The position numbers and the translations under genes were made by a program. A DNA stretch of 64,000 nt from NCBI GenBank assembly GCA_977862235.1, contig OZ374564.1, positions 186,001 to 250,000 on the forward strand, read 5' to 3'. Under the pieces are notes generated by a model. That model ran no database searches. It had not been told where the DNA came from and saw only the letters and a list, made by a program, of their open reading frames with translations. Below are positions 43,178-54,262 of the stretch, piece after piece (position 1 is the stretch's first letter; each line of letters starts with the position of its first letter). This DNA is from Dudresnaya verticillata (taxonomy: Eukaryota).

Positions 43178-45910
43178 CTATGAATCTACCCGATGGCACA
43201 TATTATCTAATCTGTCGACAATGTTGGAGAAATCTGGTCGGCGCTCCGGGTCATCTGCAAAACACTCGACAATCATCTCTCGCAACTCCGGCTCACATGT
43301 CTCAGGTGGCGGCGTCGGAAGCTTTTGACCTCGACTTCCCACCTTGTACACAATCTGCATCGGGTGATCATCCCGCCAGGGCTTCTCGCACATCACAAGT
43401 TCCCATAGGATAACCCCAAAGGAAAAAACATCCGACTTCTCATTGAACGGATCTTGCCGGAGTAGTTCCGGTGCCATCCATTCCGGCGTACCGCCAGGAC
43501 CAGTGTTCACATACGAGTTCACCCTCAGGCGACTCAGCCCAAAGTCGGTAATTTTGACCTCACGAACATTTGTTCCCAGCAAAACATTCGGGCTCTTCAC
43601 ATCACGGTGGATAACAACTGGATATTGCGAATGCAAATGTGCCATCCCCTTTGCAACTCCAAATGCAATCCATACTGTCTTCAAAAGAGGGAACGGCCCG
43701 AGAATGTTTCGACGTCGTCGATGGATAGCACGATACAAAGAACCACCGGCCATAAACTCAAGCATAATGGCCAAATTGGGATTGTGGATACAAGCACCAA
43801 TGAACTCGACAATGTTCGGATGTCGCAGTTTGGACATCAGCTTCATCTCCACCATAAACTCAGCCATTAGAGCCTGAGGATCATCGTCTTCAATCTTCTG
43901 CAGTGTTTTCACTGCAACTAGCTTTTTGTCATATTTGCACTTGTAGACTTCACCAAAGCCACCGGCACCAATCCTTGGACCAAACACAATCTCCTTGAAG
44001 TCAATCGCCCAGTTGTCACGCCATTTGCCGTCGAAAAACATTTGCGAAACCGTCTCTTCTGGCTCGGGTTGTTCGGCCAACTCCTCAAACAGTTCATTTT
44101 CATTTCCATCCTTCTTCATGAGCAGCTTTTCGGCAATGCGCAAGCGGCTGTCATCATGACCACCGATCCCAGAGCCCGCATTGACACCGTCGAAAAGCTC
44201 GTCTGGGCTATCCGCCACATTGTCTCCTCGTGGACTCATGGTGGTTAAGGCCGACAAAATTTCATCGAGAAGAGTACGGGCGCGATCAAAGGATGCCTCA
44301 CGGCAATCAACACCTTCCGTAGCAACAAGACGCCATGCCAACGGGGTGAGATCGCAGCTACGCCAGAAAAGGGGAATAATAAAGTTGCCCTGAGACTCAA
44401 AATCCCGGCAATAGGCTAGCGAGAAGGCCTCTGTGCACTCGACCTCATGAAAGTAGTCATCGGACAGCAGAGCAAGGAAGACTCGGCTCTTACTAACTGC
44501 TTCCATGATACCATTGTCAACGACTCCGCGTTTCCGGACAGAGATATCTCTCGACTCGGCTTCATAGATCTGTATGGAAGGATTCTTGGAGGTCAAATAT
44601 GAAATCATCTCCCTCGCCGCTTCCTTGTCCTTTTGAGCATAGGAAAAGTAGACATCATGAGTGGCGGATGGCCCTAGCGGCGGGGTAGCGGCTGGACGGA
44701 GCAAGTTATCTCTCGTCTTCCTAAATGTTTCAATATCCTTTGTGATATCGGTATCTGGCAAGAGGATTTTCACAGTGCGAAGTGGGAGACCCATGCGCAT
44801 CCAGGCGTAGGACACTTCAACAGCGGCTTTGACAAAGTGCTTCCTCAAGGAAGGAGAAAGAAGTGCTCCACTGAGAGGGATGAGGACAGACTGGATCTGG
44901 ACGTCCCCGCCAATAACAGTGGTAAGGCATTTGACAATATCCAAGACAATGTTGTCATCCCTAGTCAGCTCCTCTCCCGGATCCTCATAGACCAGGAGTC
45001 TCTTGTACTCAAAACCAAGCGGACGAGGACGCGGTATTGGCCTTGACAACCAGCAATGGTAATGGCGACGGTACGAAGGCTGGGGCTTGCTCTCTTTCTC
45101 GAGTTGAAGCAAAGAAATACCAGATCGGTTGAGCGCAGCTAGGGAGGAGTCGCGATTGGCCTTGTAGACGCCACGCTCGCGCAAGTAGACGATAAGGAGG
45201 TCAGTTTCATCCTCCTTGGAAAGGCCCTCCACGGAGCCCTGTAGTAGCTCGATACGACCCGTGTAGTCCTTGCGATGGACGTTGATAAACTCCTTGCGAT
45301 CCAGGCCCAGCATGTCCGGGCGACCGTAACGGACTGGAGTAGAAGAGGAAGTCGATGAGCCAGTACCGGAAGCGGGGCGACGTGCACGCGGAGCCGGGTC
45401 GGGGACACTTCCTGTAGGCCCCCTCTTGACCGGATCGTAGTGCTGCTGGTGCGACGGGAGAGTGGTCGGCATGACGGCGGGCGGCGGGTTGGGGGCGACG
45501 GCGCCGGGTGCATCGCGCGAGGCGCGGCGGGCGTAAGGCGGAGATGCGAGCGGGGCGGTGCCGTTGGGGCGCTTGCGGGGGCCGGGATGCAACGGGGGCG
45601 TGTGCGACGAGGCGGTGGAGGACGAGAGCTGGGCGGGGGCCGGGGCGGGGTTGCGCGAGTGGCGGCGGCCGCGGCGCAGGCCGAGCTCGGGCTCGGACAG
45701 GTCGGGGTCCGCGGCGGCGGTCGGGTGGTGATGGTGGTGGTGGTGGTCTGCCGGGACGGCCGGGTCCAGGTCGACGGCGGCGGCGCGGTCGGCGCGCTTG
45801 CGGCGCGCGCGCTTGCCGGTCGGGGTGCGGCGACGGCGCGCGTGCGGTGGGGCGGCGGCGGACGGGGCGTGCTGGGCCGAGTGGCGCGACGAACTGAGCC
45901 CGTTTCCCAT
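43178..45910 (-). CDS. Predicted N-myristoylated protein: macrodomain-like region, TIR domain, Raf-like (TKL) kinase
   Basis: MGNGLS start; TIR motifs DVYFSY, SRVFLALLSDDY, IIPLFW; kinase IGAGGFGEVY, VAVK, HRDVKSPN, DFG, GTPEWMAPE (CTR1/EDR1-type). Confidence 0.9.
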   Translation of the reverse strand: MGNGLSSSRHSAQHAPSAAAPPHARRRRTPTGKRARRKRADRAAAVDLDPAVPADHHHHHHHPTAAADPDLSEPELGLRRGRRHSRNPAPAPAQLSSSTASSHTPPLHPGPRKRPNGTAPLASPPYARRASRDAPGAVAPNPPPAVMPTTLPSHQQHYDPVKRGPTGSVPDPAPRARRPASGTGSSTSSSTPVRYGRPDMLGLDRKEFINVHRKDYTGRIELLQGSVEGLSKEDETDLLIVYLRERGVYKANRDSSLAALNRSGISLLQLEKESKPQPSYRRHYHCWLSRPIPRPRPLGFEYKRLLVYEDPGEELTRDDNIVLDIVKCLTTVIGGDVQIQSVLIPLSGALLSPSLRKHFVKAAVEVSYAWMRMGLPLRTVKILLPDTDITKDIETFRKTRDNLLRPAATPPLGPSATHDVYFSYAQKDKEAAREMISYLTSKNPSIQIYEAESRDISVRKRGVVDNGIMEAVSKSRVFLALLSDDYFHEVECTEAFSLAYCRDFESQGNFIIPLFWRSCDLTPLAWRLVATEGVDCREASFDRARTLLDEILSALTTMSPRGDNVADSPDELFDGVNAGSGIGGHDDSRLRIAEKLLMKKDGNENELFEELAEQPEPEETVSQMFFDGKWRDNWAIDFKEIVFGPRIGAGGFGEVYKCKYDKKLVAVKTLQKIEDDDPQALMAEFMVEMKLMSKLRHPNIVEFIGACIHNPNLAIMLEFMAGGSLYRAIHRRRRNILGPFPLLKTVWIAFGVAKGMAHLHSQYPVVIHRDVKSPNVLLGTNVREVKITDFGLSRLRVNSYVNTGPGGTPEWMAPELLRQDPFNEKSDVFSFGVILWELVMCEKPWRDDHPMQIVYKVGSRGQKLPTPPPETCEPELREMIVECFADDPERRPDFSNIVDRLDNMCHRVDS

Positions 45911-46149
45911 GGTTCAGTGCGGTGCGGGTGGTGGCATGCGCGGCGTGGCGGTGGTGGGCGGCGGCGGCGCAGGGCGGCGGAATTGGGGCGGGAGTTTCGG
46001 GGGGGCGGCGAAGCTGGGCGAATGCGGCGGCGCGGGCGGGAGGTGGTGAGGTGCACACGTGGGGGCGCGGTAGGGAGTGGGGTGATAAGGGGTTTTGGTT
46101 CTGGAACAGGTAGTGTGCGGGGTGCCGGGTAGTGGTGCGTGAGCGGGGC

Positions 46150-46304
46150 GGAGGGAGGGGAGGGAGGGGGGAGGGAGGAGGAGGAAAAGGGGGGGGGAAG
46201 GAGGGAGGGAGGAAGGGAGGGAACGAGGGAGGGAGGAAGGGAGGGAAGGAGGGAGGGAGGAAGGGAGGGGGAGGGAGGGAGGGAGGGAGGGAGGGAGGGA
46301 GGAG
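46150..46304. repeat. 155-nt polypurine (GGAG/GGAA)n tract
   Basis: All purine except one C at 46224; lies 240-395 nt upstream of the kinase ATG. Confidence 0.9.
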
Positions 46305-49300
46305 TGTGAGGAGGACGGCGCGGGGGCGTGTGAGAGTGTGAGAGGGTGTGAAAGAGAGTGCGGGCGGCTCGGGGATGGGCGGGGACGCTGGGCGGGCGGA
46401 AGGATGCGCGCGCGCGGGCGTGCGGTAGTGGGTGGTTGGGCGCGGTGGGTGGCGGGGTGAAGGGGGGGCGGGGGCGTTGGACGCAGCGTGGCGCGCGCGC
46501 GGGGCGGCGAGGCGGGGCCGCAGGCAGCCCCGACCGGGGCGCGGGCCTGACAGCGGACCGGGTCGCGGCGGTTATGGGCGGGCCCAACCGCGGCGCGCCG
46601 TTTTCGGCGGCCGCGCCACGCTGGCCGCTGCCGCGTTTGGCACCGCGCCAAACCTACGAGCCGCGTTTTGTTCGATCGCTTTGGGCCGCGCGCGCTGGCC
46701 GCTCGCAGTCGCGCCGTAGTTTGGCGCGCGCGCGCGCGCGCGCGTGTTGACATGGCCGCGGTGGGGCGTGTAGATGTTTGCTGTCACCTTGAGATTTATT
46801 GCTGCGACACACGGTCGGGCGCGTCGGTGTTGTCACAACAGGACGCAACACGGCGGCGATCGGTTGCGCAGCGCGGGGGCGGGGTGATGACGCTTATGCT
46901 ACGGCCCCACTAGTGAGCGATGGTTGTGTCTGTCGCACGCTGCGGAGTGTGTGCGACTGTCTTTTATTGCCGAGGCCAAGAGGCCCGCACTCCACGTAAT
47001 GCGCGCGTGCAACGCACTGGGGCAGATGCTGTCGCATTCGAGCGCGCGAGACAAGAACAGGTGTAGCAGCGGCCGCCGGCGGTGGTAGTTGTAACCTATT
47101 GTTGTTGCTGCTGTTGTTGCTGGTGCACGAGCAAAAAGCCGCAGGTGCGCGAGAACGTTTGTGTTGCTCTGTAACTTTGGCAGGCGGCGGCGCTGCCACG
47201 CGCAGCGTGGACCAATGACACCGGCGCGGCAGTTGCTGAGCAATGGCGCGCGCGATCGGCGCACGGGAGGGGGTGAACATTGAGGAACATGAGGGGCGGC
47301 GCGCCACAGCGAAACACGCGAGAGGCGGCGGCGACTGTCGACACGGCTACTATATAATAACACAAGTCACGATCATCTTGTTATCGACGGGAAGCGTCTC
47401 CCCAACCAACGCTCACATACAGTGCATCGCATCAGGGACACTGGCGACACGTTAAAAAAGCGCCGCGCCGGCGACGAGCCCCGGGCGCCGCGCGCGCGCC
47501 CGTCGTCGCGCCGCGCGCCGTCGTCGTCGTCGGTGAAGGCATAGGTGCATGTCCGTCTCAAGCTGCGCGGCGGTGCGCGCGCCGCGGCGCCCCGTCCCCT
47601 CCCCTCGCCTTATCGGCGAGCGCGTGCGTGTGCAGCAAGCGGCACGCGGCAGGTTGCGCGGTCATGTCGGGGCGCGCGCCTCGCGCGCGCGCCCCGTTCG
47701 GGGCGCGGCGCGGCGGGAGCTCCAGCGATGCGGGCCGTGGATTGGGCGCGGCGGGCGGCGGGCAAATTCGGGACGCGGCCGCGGCCGCGGCGGCGGCGGC
47801 GGCGGCTGCGGTGGCGGCTGTGGCGGTGGCGGTGGCGGGGCAGACTGTCGACAGACGCGGCGAGAATTGGAAGGCGCCGCCGGCCAGCCATGACGGCGGC
47901 GCCGAGGCTACGCGCGCGGCTATCGGGCCACGCGGCGGCGCGGCGCGGCGCGCATTGTGTGAGATAGTTGACGACGAGCGGCGTTGCGCGCTGCGAGGGT
48001 GTCCACGCGTGTCCACGCGGGGCAGTTTAGAATGACGCATGCCGTGTTCGGCCGGGCGGTAGCCGTGGGGGTGCGCGCGCGCGCCGCGTTGAGCCCACGT
48101 AGCGACGTCTCGCGGTCTCCCGGGGCGCGGCGCGGCGCGGCGGCAATCCGGCGGCGTGTCTTGTCGTTGTGTGACGCGGGGTGGTGTCATGGGAGATTTT
48201 TTTTCCTGCGGCGTTTTGGCGGGACGTCAGACAGAGAGTGCGCAGAAAAGTTAAGTTTTCAATAATATTAAGCCGCAAGCATTCTGCGCGAGGGCCAATG
48301 GGGGCAGTTGGCGAGTTGCTCCGCTTCCGAGCGGTGATCATGACATGTAGCAATTACAGTGGCCGGAGACAAGATGTTTTCCCGGGCCAATCAAGCGCGG
48401 ACACCGGCGCGGTGGCGCCGTATCTCGAGTGCGTATCTCCGCGCCGCTTGTACATTGCACGTCTAGCGCGAGCGCGAGGCGCGCACACACACACACTCCC
48501 ACGCGCGCCACACCGTCGCTTCTGCTCCGCAACATCTGCCTCCACTCCGCCGCCGGCCCACTACAAGAATCAGCCTTGTTGTTGTTGCCCTGTTTGATGA
48601 TCAGCCAAACTGTGTGTGCGCCTGTTGCTGCGACGCCGCACGCTCCGCCTCCTCTTCTCTTTCCAGTTGGATATAAGTGTGCGAACGGAACGGAACATTC
48701 ATGCGCGCACTTTGATCACCAAGTGTGAGCGCGGCCTATGCAGACAGAACACAGAAGGAACCGCGAACATCGACTCGCTCAGCTGACTGTAACGCCACGG
48801 TGGCACGCCGCGCCCCCGCACCCGTCGTGCAGTGCCAGCCGCTGCCACAAACACCCGCAATAACACAGAAACACTACACAAGCGCAGCCTGCGTTCGCGC
48901 AGTTTCTACACCGCTTCATACTTGGTTGTTCCACGCGGACGCGGATGATGCGGGCTGCGCGTATTGCACACTCACCCTGTCACACCCGCATCGACTTGGC
49001 GGCGTTCCGCCCCGCGCCGCGCTCGAGCCGCCAAACGAGTTCGGTAGTAACAAATATAAGACAACAGTGGCAGCCACCGTAGACCCAGTGTACTGTACAG
49101 TACCACGGTAGAACAACGCTCTGCTTGCCGCCTGTCAGTGCGCGGTACTACACTACTGCACGCTGGCCCGCGTTGACATCGCTCTCACTGCCGTTGATGT
49201 CACCCGCGTAGCACCGCCGTACGGACGCGCTTGTTACGGACGCCGGCCGCGCATGCCGGGCTGCGGGTGGCGCGGCGCGGTGCCACACGCGCGCGCGCGT

Positions 49301-49490
49301 ACCCGACGCGGACGTGTGATGGTCGCTTCGCTTCGCTTCGGTCGGTCGGTCGGTCGGTCGATTGCTTGTCGATAACTGCACGAGAGGTTTCTTCATTAAA
49401 CCGCAACGCGAATTAAGTCTCAAAACTCGGTCGCACTCCGCTGCTGCCTTCCTTGCCGTGCGTTTCGCTTCACCGAAGCGAAAAGAACGA

Positions 49491-49493
<3 letters not shown>

Positions 49494-49521
<28 letters not shown>
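49494..49521. repeat. (TG)14 microsatellite
   Basis: Read directly. Confidence 0.9.
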
Positions 49522-49525
<4 letters not shown>

Positions 49526-50289
49526 AAGCAAGGCAGGCAGGTGGCACGCACGCACGCGCACACGACTGCTACATAGATACCGTACCACCACGCCCACCAC
49601 CACGCACTGCACAGGCGCGGCGCACACGTGCAAGCGTCTACGCGCACTTGTAGCGCCGGCTAACATACCTCTCCAAACGCAACACACGCATCGAGACTGT
49701 AATTGCGCGCGCCGCCCGCACGCCCGCCACTTGTCCCCCGCCGCCACTCGCTCCCTCAATCCGTCGCTGTTGCTGTGCCACACAGCCGCCGACCACTTCC
49801 GAGCTGTAAGATTGTCGCCCAAATTCCTGAACAAACAGTGCCAACAAGCGCCGCAACCACCGCAGTGGCACGCGCCCGTCGCGGCGGCTACCGTACCTCA
49901 CGCACGCCGAAAACAACACGTTGCGCGCGCGCCCGCGACCGCCCGGCCGCCACGCTCTCTCTCACTTTCTCGCGAGCGCGGTCCGCCCCGCCGTCGCCGT
50001 CGCCCGCCGCGCGCATCTGCGCCGACCGAACACCGCACCAACCAAGCCACCCAACCACCCGCCAGCACCGGCAGCCTGCGCGCGCCGGCGGAACGCGCGT
50101 TGCAGCGCTCACACCGCCTCGCTGCGCAAAACGCCGGCCCGCCGCGTGCGCCGCCCCCGCGCGTCTGGCGCCCGTGTCGGTCCTCCCCACCCGCACCACC
50201 GCCACCGCCACCGCCACCGCCACAGCCTCGCCACAGTCTCCACTGCCGAGCTGCAGTCGACACGGAGTGCCCCCTCAACGACGGCAGTC

Positions 50290-50345
50290 CGCGCGCGCGC
50301 GCGCGCGCGTGTGCGTGCGTGCGTGTGCATGTGTGTGCACGCGCG
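50290..50345. repeat. 56-nt alternating purine/pyrimidine tract starting with (CG)10
   Basis: Read directly; uninterrupted RY alternation. Confidence 0.85.
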
Positions 50346-50769
50346 GCCCGCAGGACTGTAAAGCTGGCGAGACGAGGCGGTGCGTGTGAGAGACAGGCGC
50401 AGACAGACACGCGGCAGTGACGTCGTCGTCTTTGATTCTTCCGCGCATGCACACGCACATCCGCCCTACACCCTCCGCGGCTGTTGGCGGCTGCCCCCGC
50501 CGCCCGCCGCGGCCTTGGGCTTTGACAAACTGTCGTAGCGCACACACACTGTCACACACACGGCGCGGCCTGCTGTTGCTTTATAGCGCATGCGCACGTG
50601 CGCGTGCGGGCGTGCACGTTCACCTACGATAGATACCCGTGCTCGCACCCCAGCAGCCGCGGCCGCGGTTAGCGGGGGGAGAGCGAAACGCTCGCCCGCT
50701 CGCCCGCCCGCCCGCCCGCCCGCTCGCTCGCTCTGCCAGCGACAGTCGCGCCGCCCGTCTCTGTCGCAC

Positions 50770-50841
50770 CTCCTCTCTCCCTCTCTCTCTGTCTCTCTGT
50801 CTCTCTCTCTGTCTCTCTCTCTGTCTCTCTGTCTCTCTCTC
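50770..50841. repeat. (CT)n/(CTGT)n imperfect microsatellite
   Basis: Read directly. Confidence 0.85.
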
Positions 50842-51181
50842 CGTCCCTGCGCAACAAACACCGGCAGCGCGTGTCAAGACACACTCGATTTCGATCAGCG
50901 CGCGGCGCGCGCGCGCTTTGACCTCTCGCGACTCGCGCTGTGCAAGATATTCGGCGCAGACTCGGCACATTGCCGAAACAGAACCAAGCCGCGCTGGTAG
51001 CCGCGGTCCGGTGGCGCCCCTTCGGGTCCGCCGCGCCGCTTCCGTCTGTGCGCGCGCCAGGTGGCACCTCGCGCCGCACTGCTTCAGGCTCGCCACGACA
51101 GCCAGCCCCCGCGAATGTGACTGATACAGAGTACAGTTGCGCTTTTCATGGCATGGCTGGCCGCTGCAAAGTCGCAACTGC

Positions 51182-51182
<1 letters not shown>

Positions 51183-51219
<37 letters not shown>
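51183..51219. repeat. (AC)18 microsatellite
   Basis: Read directly. Confidence 0.9.
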
Positions 51220-51220
<1 letters not shown>

Positions 51221-54200
51221 CACATGCACTGCTGCTGCGCCGACAACACACGCGTTGCGGCGTGGGAGCCAGAGCCAAGCGTAGCAGAAGTGATCGTTTG
51301 TCTGTGTCTTGCATTGTGTGTGCCTTGCCTGGCCCTCATCGGCCTGCAGCGATTTGCTCACGCTTTCAACCAAAACACAACCAATCGCAACAACTCACAA
51401 CTCTGTGCTTCTCTCAGATACCGTAGGAACTGTTGCAACAGGAACGCACTTCCCTCCGCCTCACGCGTCCCGTTCTTTCTCGCTGTTTGACGACATCGTG
51501 GCGCTTGTGCCCACTGTATCTGATGTATCGATAGAGTTGTCCCTACCTGTCATGGAGGATTCGGCATAAGCTCCTCCGAGCCTCAATCCAACTTACCTAC
51601 ATCAAGTCATCAAAGCTGTCTTGCATTCTTTGCCTTTGTTCATACTGCAGTTTATTTCAAAGCTACATTTCATACATGTGGACCCAATCAGTGCTCCTAA
51701 GTTTCTCGGTATTGTCTATGCTCCAAGCTTTGGTAGATCTGCGGCAAGATCAACATCATCTTTAACTTCCTTCTTCTCCCAGATAGGTCCAGTCGAAATA
51801 TCACAAACATATCTAATTTCACACCATGACTGTGCTACACTATTACGTTGTGATCAATCTCAATGGCTGTATACCACTGGTCAAACAAAAGTATCACAAC
51901 GACAAGTATCTTCCGCTCGCCCGCAGTGCAGTACGCTAGTGCATGCATAGTCGTGTGCTTTCAGCATTCAAGCGCAGTACGTATTTTGCACCCTATCGTC
52001 AACCATGTTTTTGCACGCCTGATTAGCGTACTATGCCCACTACAGTAGACTCCCCTTCTAGCAACAGGCGTCGATGGCGCCAAAGCGTTTTCTCAATTCG
52101 TTAGGACAGTAATGAACACAGCTCTACAAATTACACCCCTGCCCTCGTATCCGTCACAAGTGCCCCTCGCTCCGCAGATATCTTGAGTCTGTGCGTGGAC
52201 GAGGTAGAAAAGAGATCCTTCAATTTTGCGGTGCGTAACATTCTACCGTCCGCCCTTGTTCTGCCAAACAAGCACCGACGCTCGTCGTCTTGCTGGCGAC
52301 AAGGAGAGAGGAGCCAAGTGTGCATATAAAAAACTCGCATGGGAGAGGAATCCAATGCGCAAATATCGAAACGAGCACTTGGGCAATATGTACTGTGCTT
52401 GTCAAATCATAGGCCCTTACAGTTCCGACTCCAAACGCTCAACTTTCTTCTACAGAGAGGCGATACTGCAACGATTAATCACGCAACAGGGAAAAGAATC
52501 TGAATTGAGTTTCTACTGCCCAACGCTGTGCAATCGATACTGGATACTGTGCTGTGCTGAAAAGAAAGAACGTCGCCCCTTTATCAGGGAACATCACGGA
52601 CGGGAACAGATTCGCAGGCAGCTTCACTCTAATAAATTATCTCTCCCCAGCTGTACCGCTTTTATCGCTAGTCCTTCGGAATATCTAACAATGTTCATTC
52701 CAAGACTTGAAATCCTGCTCTTGCAACCTCTTAATGTCTGTGCCTGCACATACTATATCGATTAATAACGATTCATACTCCAGCTTGAAGCTTTTTCGCC
52801 AAAACCAGTGCAGGCTTGAAACAAGATTCAATCTAGTCACAAGTTGGGAGTGTCAGAGTGGCAATGCTGGCAGCAGTCGGGTTAAAACAGCAGAGAATCG
52901 TGCAACTGAAAATGCCCTGATTTTCCAGAAAGACAACAAGTGTTGGAGAGGATCCTTGATCTGTGCACTTTCACACTCTGTGGAGTCTACAGAATAGACA
53001 AAAATTATACGCCCTCATCACGCAACAACGCTGGCAAAGTAATGTACTGTACAGTCTGCATTACGCCTCAACGGACAGTCAGACAGCAGCGATGTGAATT
53101 GCGCAGGATAGTAAATCGTCCCCAGCTGATGGTAATGAGCAAGTTGCAGTACCTGGCAAAGTATCTTGCAAAACTTTTTATTGCAGATTACCCATTTGAC
53201 TTACTTCGCCTCTCATCTTGTGGAGTGTCTTGAGCTTTGCAAGTTGCCTTGGCGAGACGCAGGTGAAGGGCATCAAGGCGTGCATACGAACATACTGTAG
53301 CTGCAATTCCATGCACCGGGCAACGTGACTGTCAATGTTCAGTTTTTCTTTCGTCGCAAATTTCAGATCGCGTCGCTGCTGGGCCGCCAATGGCTAAGTT
53401 CGAATGGCAAGCCTGCTGCAACGCGGCCGTGTTCCACATGCCGGTGCGGGGTGGGCTCGGGAAGCGCGGTGCCCCCAATCAACCTGCCTGGTGCAGCGAG
53501 GATCACATGACGTTTGCCGTCTCTCGCCGCAGTCATGTCTGTGCCCGTCGTTCGGCGAACCCCAAGTGCAGCGGGGAGGTGGAATCGAGCCGGTGTCGAT
53601 TCGGTGCGTGCCACACGGCTTGCCGAGAACCGAAGGTCCTGGGCTCGCGGCCTGGAAAACTAGGTTTGCTACATTTCGCAGTGCGTGGAGAACCAAGGGT
53701 ACCCCAGCTCTCTCCTAGTATTAGTGCCTTGACAGTATCAACTTCTGTTTCTCCAAGCTGAGGGCTGTTCCGCCATTCCCGCGCAAGGAATCACCAAAGG
53801 TTTGGGATTCTTCGATGACTGTGTATGCTTGGTGCTACGATATTCTAACGCCTTTTATGCTTTGAAGCTGGCTTACTTGTTTTGGCCTTGTTGCTACAGA
53901 TCTAACTGGTTGAGAGTACTGTATCAGTGTGTACAGGAGGAAGGGACAGTCGGAGCCCACGGAAAGACCTCGGGACGCGGTGCCCCCAGGGAGCTGTGTA
54001 GTGCTTTCAAAGGGCTTGAAATCAAGAAACCAGCTGGCTTGGGGACGCCAAATCGGCAAAGTCTATCGGCGCTTCAGAACCAAGTGGTATTTACTGACTT
54101 CTTTATGCTGACTTCCAAGTCTGTGCTGTTAAGCCGCTTGGGCAGTATGGATAGCTCGTAGCTCGTATACTTCCGCAGTTTATTGGGTTTCATCCAGTGG

Positions 54201-54262
54201 CCAGCAAATTCTTGGTTTGAATCTCACTTAGACCTACCAACTGAAGACCAGCGCTTCTCGTG

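Noticed and set aside
45914..51490. Many 100-480 aa Arg/Ala/Pro-rich ORFs
   Set aside because: They arise from high GC and microsatellites, show no motifs, and occur in all frames.
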